A DNA stretch of 64,000 nucleotides from Planctomycetia bacterium (GTDB lineage Bacteria; Planctomycetota; MHYJ01; WSZJ01), in contig JADLHC010000085.1 of NCBI GenBank assembly GCA_020849035.1, positions 11,053 to 75,052 on the forward strand, written 5' to 3'. Numbering within the stretch: the first letter of the stretch is position 1; every line of letters begins with the position of its first letter. The notes beneath the pieces are model-generated. The model saw only the letters and a list, made by a program, of their open reading frames with translations. It was not told the origin of the DNA and did not search any database. The position numbers were made by a program, and so were the translations under genes. Positions 42,615-51,913 of this stretch are shown one piece after another.

Positions 42615-44498
42615 TCAATCGCGCCTGCGGAAGCGGCGCTTGACGTGCTGCGCGGGGGGCGGGCCTTTGCGGGGCGCGGGGGGCTGTGAATCGTGTGCGG
42701 GCGGGGCCGCGGTGGGGCCGGCGGGCGGGGTCGGGGAGGAGGTGAAATGCCAGCCCGGGGAGCCCGCGCCTGAGCCCGGGAGCGGACGGGCGGTCGCGAG
42801 CTGCGAGAGCACGGCGGCCATCTCCTTCGCCGCTTCGCCGATGTTCGCGTGGCGCGCCTCCGGCTCGCGGGCGGTCATGCGGACGATGAGGGCCGCGGTC
42901 TGCGGCGAAACCGCGGCGTTGAAGTAGCGCGGGTCGGCCGCGGGGGAGTCGGGAGGAGGGACGCCGGTCACCATGTAGAAGAGGGTCGCGCCGAGGGCGT
43001 AGAGGTCGCTCCGCATGTCGTTCCGTCCCGCGCGGGCTTCGGGCGCGGAGAACGGCGGCGTTCCGGGCGAGCCGTCGGGGCCGTGCCCCGGGCGGCGGGT
43101 CAGGCCGAGATCGCAGAGTTTCGCGTGTCCGTCGTCCGTGATCTGGATCGCCTCGGGCTTGACGTCGCGGTGCATGACGCCGGCCTTGTGCGCGGCGTCG
43201 AGCGCGAGCGCGGCCTGGCGCGCGATGTCGAGCGCGCGCGTCTCGGCCATCGCCCCCCCGCGCGACAGGAGCTGGCTCACCCGGGGGCCGGTGACGAATT
43301 CGCTGATGAAGTGCCACGTGTCGCCTGCCTGCCGCATGTCGATCCACTGGACGATGCCGGCGTGGTTGACGCGCGCGGCGGCGCGCGAGTCGCGCACGAG
43401 GGTGTCCACGAAGGCGGTGTCCTTCATCATGGCGGGGTCGAGCGACTTGATCGCGACCTCGCGGTCCATCGCGACCTGCTTCGCCCGGAAAACGTGGCCC
43501 AGTCCGCCCCTGCCGAGATACCCCGTGACGTGGAAGCCGTCGATCGCCGGTGCCGTGACACCCTCCGGCATCGGCCCGACGGGCGGCGCCATGACCGCCG
43601 TGTCGGACGCGGGCGACGTGAAGACGGCGGCGACCTCCGGCACGTCCCCCGCCGGCTGCCACGCGTCCATCTCGGGCCGCCAGACGTACGTCGTCGGCAC
43701 GAAGATCCCCTGCTCCGCCATCTTCCTCAGCGCCCGGTACTCGAACGGCCCCACCGGCCGCCCTTCGCGCACGACGAACCAGTCGTCGTGCTCCACGGGC
43801 GCCCGCGACACCGGGGGCGCAGTCGACTGCCCGGGCGTCGCCGAGGGCGGCGGGTCCGTCGACTCGTCCGGCGTGGTCGACGGCGGGACGTTTGCGGGAA
43901 TCGACCCCGGCGCGATCACCGTCTCGTCCGTCGGCAGGAACAGCTCCTCCACGTCGCAATGCGTCACCCGGTTCGGCGTCCCCAGCACCGCCCCGCAGTT
44001 CCGGCACTTGAACTCCTGCCCCGACTCCGCCTTCGGCGCGTTGAACAGGGAGTCGCACTGCTCGCAGCACAGGATCTGCTTCTTCTGGTAGTCCAGGATG
44101 TGCTGTACCTGGTCCATGCTGATCAGCCCCCGCTCCACCAGGATCTTCCCCAGCCGCATCTTCCGCCCCAGCCCCTCGAGCCGCGCCTGCTCCCTCACCG
44201 CCGCGTGCGCGTCCTCGGGGCGGACGAAATGAAGAGCGACAGCGACCTTTCCGAAGAGCGAGTCCTGCTTGCGGATGAGCGTCGTCGAGTGGCGCTTCTG
44301 GAGATTCCGCTCCTGTTCCGCGAGCAGGGTCGCGAGGTCGACCTGAGAGAGGAACCCGCGGGCGACGAGGATTTCGCCGAGGGGCCGGCGGCTGGTCTCC
44401 TGCTCGGCGACGGCGAGGTCGAGCTGCTCGCGTGTGACGAATCCGTGGGCGAGGGCGAGCTTGCCGAGGAGGACTTCTTCGCTGCCGATGGGAAACAT
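42615..44498 (-). CDS. multidomain Ser/Thr kinase-like protein: 2 x MshEN-like domains, zinc ribbon, GYF domain, kinase domain
   Basis: ATG 44498. LLGKLALAHGFVTREQLDLAVAEQ-ETSRR-PLGEILVARGFLSQVDLATLLAEQ, RLGKILVERGLISMDQVQHILDYQ, CCEQCDS...CRNCG and DDWFVVREGRPVGPFEYRALRKM...YVWRPEMDAWQPAGDVPE. Kinase motifs GRGGLGHVF, VAIKSL, HRDVKPEAI, DLG, SAPE. Confidence 0.85.
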   Translation of the reverse strand: MFPIGSEEVLLGKLALAHGFVTREQLDLAVAEQETSRRPLGEILVARGFLSQVDLATLLAEQERNLQKRHSTTLIRKQDSLFGKVAVALHFVRPEDAHAAVREQARLEGLGRKMRLGKILVERGLISMDQVQHILDYQKKQILCCEQCDSLFNAPKAESGQEFKCRNCGAVLGTPNRVTHCDVEELFLPTDETVIAPGSIPANVPPSTTPDESTDPPPSATPGQSTAPPVSRAPVEHDDWFVVREGRPVGPFEYRALRKMAEQGIFVPTTYVWRPEMDAWQPAGDVPEVAAVFTSPASDTAVMAPPVGPMPEGVTAPAIDGFHVTGYLGRGGLGHVFRAKQVAMDREVAIKSLDPAMMKDTAFVDTLVRDSRAAARVNHAGIVQWIDMRQAGDTWHFISEFVTGPRVSQLLSRGGAMAETRALDIARQAALALDAAHKAGVMHRDVKPEAIQITDDGHAKLCDLGLTRRPGHGPDGSPGTPPFSAPEARAGRNDMRSDLYALGATLFYMVTGVPPPDSPAADPRYFNAAVSPQTAALIVRMTAREPEARHANIGEAAKEMAAVLSQLATARPLPGSGAGSPGWHFTSSPTPPAGPTAAPPAHDSQPPAPRKGPPPAQHVKRRFRRRD

Positions 44499-44699
44499 GG
44501 TGAGGGGATTATAGGCGGGAGGTCGGGGGCGCGGGGGCGCGAGGACGCACGGGCGCGGGCGGTCGTTGACGGGAAGCGGAGATCCGGCTGCAGAGACTAC
44601 CGGCGATCGAAGGAAACGAGCAGGGAAAAAGGCGCTTTTACCTCGCGTCCCCGCGCCTCTCTTGCCCGCCCTCCCTCCCGCCCGCACAATGCACTGCCC

Positions 44700-45392
44700 A
44701 TGTTCATCGCCGCCATCGAAACGTCCGGGCCTCGCGGCGGAGTCGCGCTGGCCGACGACGACGAGCTCCTCGGGGAGGAGTCCTTCGAGGAGGGGATGGT
44801 GCACGGGCGAGCGCTGGTCCCTGCGCTGGACCGGCTGGTGAAGAAGGCGGGGATCCGGCCCGCAGACCTGGGGCTGGTCGCGGTGGATGTGGGCCCGGGC
44901 TCGTACACGGGAGTGCGGGTGGGCGTGGCCGCGGCGCGGATGCTGGCGATGGCGGTCGCCTGTCCCGTCGCACCGGTGGTGTCGCTCGATGTGCTCGCCG
45001 AGAACGCGGAGGACCTGGAGGACTTCGTCTGCCCGATCCTCGACGCGCGATGGGAGCAGGTCTACGCGGCGACGTACCGGCGGGACTGGGTCTGGCTCAG
45101 GACGGGCGGGCCCGCCGCGTGGAGCCCTGCCCGGCTGGTAGAGAGGTTGCCGCGGGACATGACGGTGTTTGGAGGCGGCGTGGACCGGTATCCGGCGGAG
45201 TTTGCGGGGTTCGCCCGGGGTCCTGCGGAGTGGGCTGTCCCCCGGGCGGAGGTCGTGGCTCTTCTCGGCTGGCAGGCCTTTCAAGCCGGCTCCTGCGGCG
45301 ACCATAACCTGTTGCGCCCTTTGTACTTGAGACCGACGGAAGCTGAGGTGAGATTCGGCGTCGCCGAAACTCCCAGGCCCCCGGAGTGTTAG
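44700..45392 (+). CDS. tsaB: tRNA threonylcarbamoyladenosine biosynthesis protein TsaB (YeaZ)
   Basis: MFIAAIETSGPRGGVALADDDELL...IRPADLGLVAVDVGPGSYTGVRVGVAAARMLA. The long upstream extension of the track ORF is antisense to the kinase gene. Confidence 0.88.
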   Translation: MFIAAIETSGPRGGVALADDDELLGEESFEEGMVHGRALVPALDRLVKKAGIRPADLGLVAVDVGPGSYTGVRVGVAAARMLAMAVACPVAPVVSLDVLAENAEDLEDFVCPILDARWEQVYAATYRRDWVWLRTGGPAAWSPARLVERLPRDMTVFGGGVDRYPAEFAGFARGPAEWAVPRAEVVALLGWQAFQAGSCGDHNLLRPLYLRPTEAEVRFGVAETPRPPEC

Positions 45393-45444
45393 ACTTCCTG
45401 AACGCCCCGATCCGGACCCCTTCCCCATATCCAGGAACTCCGCC

Positions 45445-46191
45445 ATGAAAGCAGTCCTCGCCTTCCTCACGCTCGCGCTCGTCGCCTCGCTCGGATTCAG
45501 CGGCTGGGCGATCAACGATCTCCGGAATCAGGTCCAGGACCTCGAGGGCAAGGTGGCGTCGCTCTCAGACCGGCCCCAGGCCCCGGCGCCGGCCGCTGCG
45601 AACACGACACAGCCCGCGTCCGCGTCGCCGCAGTCGGGCGGTTCCACGGCCGGCGGGTCGGACTCGGTCGAGGACCGGGAGCCCGGCTCCGCGGGAAGTT
45701 CCGCCGATGGACAGGACCCCACGGTCAGCCGGAAGCCCGAACCCGCCCCGGCGGTCGGGTCGACGGTCCGCCCGGAGGGCTGGACCGAAGCCGACCGCAC
45801 GGCGTTCGAGAAGGAGGTCTACGCGGCGCTGGAGAAGCGCGAGAAGGAGCGCGAGGCGCGGCAGGATGCGCGGCAGGCCGAGTGGATGACGGCACGGCTC
45901 AAGGAGCAGCTCAAGCTGACCGACCAGCAGGCGGCGGAGATCGGGAAGATCGTGACGGCCACGATGGCCGACATCGAGAAGATCCGTTCGACGATGACCC
46001 CGGAGAACCGCGAGGAGATCCGGCCGCAGATCCAGGCGTCGCTCCAGGCCGCCGACACGCAGGTCAAGTCGCTCCTGACGGCGGAGCAGGCGACAACGTA
46101 CGACGAGATGAAGAAGAACGGCGGCGGGCTGGGCTTCGGAGGCGGCGGACGGCGCCGGGGCGGGCCGGGCGGCGGCGGGGAGCCGCAGTAG
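45445..46191 (+). CDS. secreted LTXXQ-motif (Spy/CpxP-like) protein with Gly-rich tail
   Basis: Signal/TM segment MKAVLAFLTLALVASLGFSGWA. The motifs LKLTDQQAAEI and LLTAEQATTYDEM. AGGAA lies 8 nt upstream of the start. Confidence 0.7.
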   Translation: MKAVLAFLTLALVASLGFSGWAINDLRNQVQDLEGKVASLSDRPQAPAPAAANTTQPASASPQSGGSTAGGSDSVEDREPGSAGSSADGQDPTVSRKPEPAPAVGSTVRPEGWTEADRTAFEKEVYAALEKREKEREARQDARQAEWMTARLKEQLKLTDQQAAEIGKIVTATMADIEKIRSTMTPENREEIRPQIQASLQAADTQVKSLLTAEQATTYDEMKKNGGGLGFGGGGRRRGGPGGGGEPQ

Positions 46192-46210
46192 GCAGGAAGG
46201 CGGATACGAC

Positions 46211-46242
46211 AGACCGGGGCGCCTGCCCCGGTCTTTTTTTTT
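46211..46242 (+). terminator. canonical Rho-independent terminator
   Basis: agaccggggc-gcct-gccccggtct (10-bp stem) is followed by a run of nine T. Confidence 0.85.
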
Positions 46243-46251
46243 CGGACGCGG

Positions 46252-46998
46252 TTACCCCTTCCTCCCCTGCGCCGCCACCGCCCTGGAAGCCGCCTCCGCC
46301 GCCGCCGCATCGCCCAGGTAGCGGTGCGATTTCGGCCTCAGGTCGTCCCCCAGCTCGTAGAGGAGCGGGATGCCGGTCGGGATGTTCAGCTCCGTGATCT
46401 CCGCGTCGGACACGTCGTCCAGGTACTTCACAAGCGCCCGCAGGCTGTTCCCGTGCGCGGCGATCAGCACCCGCCGCCCCGCCTTGATCGCAGGGGCGAT
46501 GACCTCGTGCCAGTGCGGCAGGAACCGGGCGACAGTGTCCTTGAGCGACTCGGTCCGCGGCAGCTCGGACGGCGCAAGCGAGGCGTAACGCGGGTCGCGC
46601 GACGGATGCCGCGGATCCTCGGCCGCCAGCGCCGGCGGCGGAATGTCGTACGAACGCCGCCAGATCTTCACCTGCGCGTCGCCGTGCTTCGCCGCCGTCT
46701 CCGCCTTGTTCAGCCCCTGAAGCGCCCCGTAGTGCCGCTCGTTCAGCCGCCAGGAGTTGTGCACCGGGATCCACATCAGGTCCATCTCCTCCAGCGCGAT
46801 CCACAGCGTCTGGATCGCCCGCGACAGCACCGACGTGTACGCCACGTCGAACACGAACCCCTCCTTCTTCATCAGCTTCCCCGCCGCGTGCGCCTCTTCT
46901 ACCCCCTTCGCGGACAGCCGGACGTCGGTCCAGCCGGTGAAGCGGTTCTCGCGGTTCCAGTCGGACTCTCCGTGGCGAAGCAGCATGAGGCGGGGCAT
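46252..46998 (-). CDS. gpmA: 2,3-bisphosphoglycerate-dependent phosphoglycerate mutase
   Basis: [32 protein letters not shown]...[19 protein letters not shown]...[16 protein letters not shown]. Confidence 0.95.
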   Translation of the reverse strand: MPRLMLLRHGESDWNRENRFTGWTDVRLSAKGVEEAHAAGKLMKKEGFVFDVAYTSVLSRAIQTLWIALEEMDLMWIPVHNSWRLNERHYGALQGLNKAETAAKHGDAQVKIWRRSYDIPPPALAAEDPRHPSRDPRYASLAPSELPRTESLKDTVARFLPHWHEVIAPAIKAGRRVLIAAHGNSLRALVKYLDDVSDAEITELNIPTGIPLLYELGDDLRPKSHRYLGDAAAAEAASRAVAAQGRKG

Positions 46999-47055
46999 GG
47001 GCTGTCTCCTCTCGTTGGACGAAGGCCCGAGTTTAGGCCCGCTTTGCGCCCGTCG

Positions 47056-47907
47056 CTACTTCTTGTCCGGCGCCTTGAGCTTGTCTTCGGCCGCCCGGAC
47101 GAGCTTGGCGTTCTGGGGGTCGGAGGAGAACTGGCTGGCGACGCGCGACCAGTACTCGCGTGCGACGGCGGGCTGGCCCTGGGCCGCGTACGCGTCGCCG
47201 AGATTGAGGAGCGCGGCGGCCTGCCAGTACGAGTTTCCCGCGAAACGCTCGACGGACTTCTCGTAGTGTTCCTTCGCCCGCGCGAGGTCGCCGGTCTCCG
47301 CGTACAGCATGCCGGTGTAGAACTCCGCCTGCGCCGCGGCCTTGGAGTCCGGGAACTCCGAGAGGATCCGGCCGTACGCCGCCAGCGCTTCGTCGCGGCC
47401 GCCGGTCGTGAGACCGTGGAAGCCGACGGAGAGCAGCGCCTCGGCGGTGCGGGGGTCGCCCGGGAAGCGCCGCAGGAACTCCCTGAGGAGGGCGCTGGCC
47501 CGGCTGGAGAGCTTGTCCTGGAGGGCGATCTGGGCTTTCTGCCAGACTTCGTCGGCGGAGAGTCCCGCGACGTCCTCGACGGCGGCGCCCTCGGCGGCGC
47601 GGTTGAGCTCGCGGAGGCGGGCCTCGAGGCGGGCGATCTGGTCCTCGAGCTTCCGGAGGCGCGGATTCTCCTCGGGCTTCCCCTCCGGCTGTGCGGCCTC
47701 CGGGACGGCGGGAGCGTCTCCCGGCGCGACCCGGGCGGCCGGCGCCGACCCGTCGGGCACGACCGGCGCCGGGAGCGCGCGCTCCGCCTCCAGCGCCGCC
47801 ACGCGCCGATCGAGGTCTTCGCGCACGCGCCGCTCGCGGGCGAGCAGGATGGCCGCGACGGCGATCGCGACGACAGCGGAAAGGACGGCGCCAAGCGCGG
47901 GTTTCAC
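47056..47907 (-). CDS. membrane-anchored coiled-coil/TPR protein (YbgF/CpoB-like)
   Basis: TM segment LGAVLSAVVAIAVAAILLA. Coiled coil LRKLEDQIARLEARLRELN. TPR-like C-terminus AQAEFYTGMLYAETGDLARAKEHYEKSVERF...ALLNLGDAYAAQGQ. The start is uncertain (GTG 47907 or GTG 47964). Confidence 0.7.
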   Translation of the reverse strand: MKPALGAVLSAVVAIAVAAILLARERRVREDLDRRVAALEAERALPAPVVPDGSAPAARVAPGDAPAVPEAAQPEGKPEENPRLRKLEDQIARLEARLRELNRAAEGAAVEDVAGLSADEVWQKAQIALQDKLSSRASALLREFLRRFPGDPRTAEALLSVGFHGLTTGGRDEALAAYGRILSEFPDSKAAAQAEFYTGMLYAETGDLARAKEHYEKSVERFAGNSYWQAAALLNLGDAYAAQGQPAVAREYWSRVASQFSSDPQNAKLVRAAEDKLKAPDKK

Positions 47908-47926
47908 GCCCGCGAGTATAGCCCGC

Positions 47927-49132
47927 CTACGGGTTCGCCCGCGTCCCCGCGAACCCGCCCGCACGCGCGCCCTCGCCGAACCGGTGCCACTTCGCGTGCT
48001 CCCGCGCGCTCGAGACGTACACCCGCCGCACGCGCTTCCCCAGCCCGCACGTAATCTCCAGCGGAATCGTCTGCGCGAGCTGCGCGAGGTGCGCGACCTT
48101 GATCTCGCGGTCGCCCTGCCGGCCGATGAGCACGACCTCGTCGCCGACGTGGACCCCGTGGATGTGGCCGACGTCGACCGTCAGGTAGTCCATCGTCACC
48201 GTGCCGATCACCGGCGCCAGCTCGCCCCGGATCAGCACCGCGCTCCGGTTCGAGAGCGCATACGGGTAGCCGTCGTTGTACCCCACCGGAAGCGTCGCGA
48301 CCTGGGTCTTGCGCCGCGTCAGGTGCGTCTGGTTGTAGCCGATCGTCGTCCCCGCCCGCACGCCCTTCAGGAACGCCACCTGCGTCCGCAGGCTCAGCAC
48401 GGGCCGCACGTGCACGTCGTGGACTCGGAAGAGCCCCGGGTCGATCCCGTAGAGCGCGATTCCGGGACGGATCAGGTTTCCGGGCACCGGCGACAGCCCG
48501 ATCGCGCCCGAGTTCGCCACGTGCCGGAGCGGAGGCCGGATGCCGGCCGCCTCGAGGGACGCGGCGACGGCCTCGAAGCGCGCGACCTGGTCGCGCGTCG
48601 CCGCGATGGAGCGGTCGTCCATGCCGTAGGCGGAGGAGAAGTGCGTCGAGAGCCCCTCGAGCTCGAGGCTCGGCTCCGCCACGATCCGCTGCGCGATCTC
48701 CAGCGCCCGCGCGGCCGACGCGCCGAGGCGCCCCATCCCCGTGTCGACCTTCAGGTGCACCTTCTGGCGCTTCCCCTGCCGCCGCGCCTCCTCCGCGATC
48801 CGCGGGATCATGAGGGCGGAATGGATCGTCGGCGTGATGTCGTAGGACACGACCCAGCCGATCTCCTCCTCGATCACGGCTCCGAGGACGAGGATCGGCG
48901 CGAGGATCCCGGCCTCGCGCAGTTCCAGCGCTTCCGTCGAGTCGCCCACGCCGATCATGGAGGCGCCCGCCTCGATCGCCACGCGCGCGCAGGGAGCGGC
49001 GCCGTGACCGTACGCGTCCGCCTTGACGACCGCCAGCAGCGCCACGTCCGGCCCCGCGTGGGCCCGGACGGCGCGGACGTTGTCGGCGAGGGCGTCGAGG
49101 TCGACCTCGGCCCAGACGCGGTGCTTCTTCAT
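47927..49132 (-). CDS. alr: alanine racemase
   Basis: ATG 49132. WAEVDLDALADNVRAVRA...LLAVVKADAYGHGA (PLP-lysine motif)...GYNDGYP. Confidence 0.92.
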   Translation of the reverse strand: MKKHRVWAEVDLDALADNVRAVRAHAGPDVALLAVVKADAYGHGAAPCARVAIEAGASMIGVGDSTEALELREAGILAPILVLGAVIEEEIGWVVSYDITPTIHSALMIPRIAEEARRQGKRQKVHLKVDTGMGRLGASAARALEIAQRIVAEPSLELEGLSTHFSSAYGMDDRSIAATRDQVARFEAVAASLEAAGIRPPLRHVANSGAIGLSPVPGNLIRPGIALYGIDPGLFRVHDVHVRPVLSLRTQVAFLKGVRAGTTIGYNQTHLTRRKTQVATLPVGYNDGYPYALSNRSAVLIRGELAPVIGTVTMDYLTVDVGHIHGVHVGDEVVLIGRQGDREIKVAHLAQLAQTIPLEITCGLGKRVRRVYVSSAREHAKWHRFGEGARAGGFAGTRANP

Positions 49133-49286
49133 TCGGTGAAGCGGCTCGGGTGCGGGGAAAGGAAGGGCGGATTCGGGCAAAGAGAAGATCGGCCGCATTC
49201 GGGGGGCGGCTTGAGCCGTGAAAGCGGCGGCAGGAGCCGTCCTCGTCGGCGCCATGCGGCTCGCCGGGCGCGCCTGCGGGCCCGGG

Positions 49287-50099
49287 CTACCGGACCGAGT
49301 ACCCCGTCTTCACCGCGAACTCGGAACCCTCGCCGGTGACCTTGCCCACGATTTCGCCCCTGGAGTCCTTCAGCGTCCCCTCGAGCGCGCGGGCCTTGCC
49401 GGCCAGCGTGAGGGAGACGGGGTGGCCGCTCGAGAGGTCCCAGAGCAGCTCGCCCTCGACGTCGAACTGGACGCGAAAGTCCTGCCGGGAGTCCACGGCG
49501 ATGGTTCCGGAGAGCGTGAGCGTCGCGATGCGGGCGTCGTCCTGCCCGGAGACGCGGGCGAAGGTCACCTTGATCTCGGACGCGTCCGACGGCTCCTCGC
49601 TCGCGCCCCGGAGGAGGAGCCGGGAGAGGGCGGCGGCCGGGACGGTCCACGACTCGCCGGGGGAGCGCGGGCCGGAGGGAAGCAGGGCCCGCCACGGCTC
49701 GGGCCCGCGCGCGGCGGCCTTCGCGGCCTCGGGCGCGTCCGCCGGCCTCGCCTCGCGCCCGCGGATCTCGACCGTCCTGCCTTCGAGGGCGGTCGCGCGC
49801 GCCTCCCCGCCGTCCAGCCGCTCGCGCGAGGTCACCCAGGTCGCCCGGAGCGCGGCCGGGACGCCTTTCGACGCCTCGAGGATCCGCGTCTCCCGCCGCT
49901 CCTCCTTCTCGACCTTCGCGCCCTGCTCGCGGGTCGCCCCCTCCTTGCCCTTGTCCACCTCGGTGACTTTCATCCGGAGCGTCAGCGACCCCTCCGTCGT
50001 TTCCGTCCAGACAGCGCCTTCCTCCATGGACGGAGAGAAGGTCTCCTGGGCGAGGACGGCGCCGCACAGGAGAAGGGCGGCGAAGGCGGGCCGGAGCAT
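49287..50099 (-). CDS. secreted hypothetical protein
   Basis: ATG 50099. Signal peptide MLRPAFAALLLCGAVLAQE. The body was not recognised. Confidence 0.6.
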   Translation of the reverse strand: MLRPAFAALLLCGAVLAQETFSPSMEEGAVWTETTEGSLTLRMKVTEVDKGKEGATREQGAKVEKEERRETRILEASKGVPAALRATWVTSRERLDGGEARATALEGRTVEIRGREARPADAPEAAKAAARGPEPWRALLPSGPRSPGESWTVPAAALSRLLLRGASEEPSDASEIKVTFARVSGQDDARIATLTLSGTIAVDSRQDFRVQFDVEGELLWDLSSGHPVSLTLAGKARALEGTLKDSRGEIVGKVTGEGSEFAVKTGYSVR

Positions 50100-50154
50100 G
50101 GGGAGAAGTGTGGCCCCTGCGCCGGGCGAACGCAAGTCGCGATTGCCGGGCCCT

Positions 50155-50427
50155 TCAGTCCTTCCGGCCCATGCCGTTCACGACGTCGCGGGGGTCCGCG
50201 ATCTCCGTCACCTGGAGCCCGAAATTCTCTCCGATCCGCACCGCCTTCCCGCTCGCGACGCGCTTTTCCCCGAGATACAGGTCCAGCGCCGCGGCGACGG
50301 GCTTCTCGAACTCCACGACGCTTCCCGCGCCCAGCGCGAGCACCTGCCCGAGCGTCATCGTCCGCTCCGCGAGGACGACCGCGAGCGGCACCTGCATCGC
50401 CAGGACCTCCGTGATCGCGCGCTTCAT
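50155..50427 (-). CDS. fliN: flagellar motor switch protein FliN
   Basis: The 90-aa protein has a SpoA-type signature: VPLAVVLAERTMTLGQVLALGAGSVVEFEKPVAAALDLYLGEKRVASGKAVRIGENFGLQVTEI. ATGA overlap with fliM. Confidence 0.92.
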   Translation of the reverse strand: MKRAITEVLAMQVPLAVVLAERTMTLGQVLALGAGSVVEFEKPVAAALDLYLGEKRVASGKAVRIGENFGLQVTEIADPRDVVNGMGRKD

Positions 50428-51386
50428 GGCCGCTTCGCCGCCCCCGTGATCTCGAGCGCCCAGTGGTTGCGCCAGGTCGCGGCGCGTCCGGCGAATTTCG
50501 GCCGGCCTTCGACGAGGACGGTCACGGGCTCGCCGGCCGGATGGGAGGTTTCGAGGACGTCGCCGGGCTCGAGGTGGAGGAGCTCCCGCAGCGTGATCGT
50601 CGTCTCGGCGAGGACTGCGGTGACGCGGACGGAGGCCTGCGCCAGCGGGCCCCTGACGTGCGGCGGCGCCGCGGGCGCGGTCGCGGCGGACGGGTACCAG
50701 CTGTGCGCCTCGACCTCCGCGACGAGCGGCTCGATGGTGACGTAGGGGATGCAGATGTTCATCCGGCCCTGCGCGTCGGCGATCCGGACCGAGAAGGAGG
50801 CCACGACGACCAGCTCGTTGGGGGGCATCGCCTGGATCAGGAGCGGGTTCGACTCGCTGGAGACGGCCGCAAGCGCCAGCCGGCGCACGATCGCCCACAT
50901 CGACGCCAGGTCCTCCAGCGCCCGCCGGGTGATCGTCCCCGCCAGCGTCCACTCGATCGCCGTCAGCGGCCGCCCCGGGATCTCCCCCGCCCCGCGCCCG
51001 CCGCCCAGCAGCCGGTCCATCACCGGGAACATCATGTCCGGCCCGAACTCCACCATCATCGAGCCCGCCAGCGGCTCGCAGCTGAACAGCGTGAAGCACG
51101 TCGGGTTCGGAAGCCCCGCCACGAACTCCTGGTACGTCATCTGCGCCATCGTCTCCAGGCGCACCTCGGTCAGCGTCCGCAGCATGCCGGACAGCGAAGC
51201 GCCGAACGACCTCGCGAACACCTCGTGCAGGTTCGCCAGCGCGCGGATCTGCTCCTTCGAGACCCGCTCCGGACGCTTGAAGTCGTAGGGAGTCGAGGAC
51301 ACCGGGACCGCGACGGGCGCAAGCTGCCCCTCCTCCACGACCTTCAGGAGGGTCTCCACTTCCGCGGGATTCAGGATGTCGCTCAT
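50424..51386 (-). CDS. fliM: flagellar motor switch protein FliM
   Basis: MSDILNPAEVETLL...PYDFKRPERVSKEQIRALANLHEVFARSFGASLSGMLRT...MTYQEFV... The gene lies upstream of fliN. Confidence 0.93.
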   Translation of the reverse strand: MSDILNPAEVETLLKVVEEGQLAPVAVPVSSTPYDFKRPERVSKEQIRALANLHEVFARSFGASLSGMLRTLTEVRLETMAQMTYQEFVAGLPNPTCFTLFSCEPLAGSMMVEFGPDMMFPVMDRLLGGGRGAGEIPGRPLTAIEWTLAGTITRRALEDLASMWAIVRRLALAAVSSESNPLLIQAMPPNELVVVASFSVRIADAQGRMNICIPYVTIEPLVAEVEAHSWYPSAATAPAAPPHVRGPLAQASVRVTAVLAETTITLRELLHLEPGDVLETSHPAGEPVTVLVEGRPKFAGRAATWRNHWALEITGAAKRP

Positions 51387-51408
51387 CGCCCTCTTTCCAT
51401 TCGCCCGG

Positions 51409-51738
51409 CTATCGCGCCGCCCCGCCGGCCCGCATGTCGATCACCCACTCCTCCGGGCCCAGCTTCCGGAACTGCGCGCGCATCATCCGCTCCACGTACG
51501 CCGCGTCGTCCGTCAGCGCGCGCTTCTCGCCTTCCATCCCCCGGTTCGCCTCGGCGCGCGCCTCGATCTCCCGGTCCAGCTCCGCCACCCGCTGGTGCAG
51601 CTTCGAGTTCTTTTTCCACGCCGCCACCGACGTCGTCGCCAGGAACCCCGCCAGCCCCGTCACGACCAGCGCCCAGAACCCCCAGGACCCCAGGTCCAGG
51701 AGCTTCTTCGGGTCCGCAGCCTGCCGCACCGTCGCCAT
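51409..51738 (-). CDS. septum formation initiator family protein (FtsB/DivIC-like)
   Basis: One TM segment (WGFWALVVTGLAGFLATTSVAAW). Coiled coil LHQRVAELDREIEARAEANRGMEGEKRAL. C-terminal DDAAYVERMMRAQFRKLGPEEWVI. Confidence 0.7.
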   Translation of the reverse strand: MATVRQAADPKKLLDLGSWGFWALVVTGLAGFLATTSVAAWKKNSKLHQRVAELDREIEARAEANRGMEGEKRALTDDAAYVERMMRAQFRKLGPEEWVIDMRAGGAAR

Positions 51739-51913
51739 GGTATCGCTTTTCCCCCGGGGCCGGATCGAGACTCGTTGCGCGCCGGACAGCCTGCCCTTAC
51801 CTTCCTCTGGTCCGCCGCCCGCCCCCGGACTTCCTCGCTCCCGGGGCGGGCGGCTATCCCCGTCTATCGGCTCGGAGGTGCCCTTGCCTTTTGCCCGACA
51901 TGGCCTTCGCGAG

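Noticed and set aside
42849-44699. Long N-terminal extension of the tsaB ORF (track ORF 42849..45392)
   Set aside because: The TsaB homology starts at MFIAAIETSG (ATG 44700). The upstream 617 codons are antisense to the kinase-like gene and are Arg/Gly-rich.
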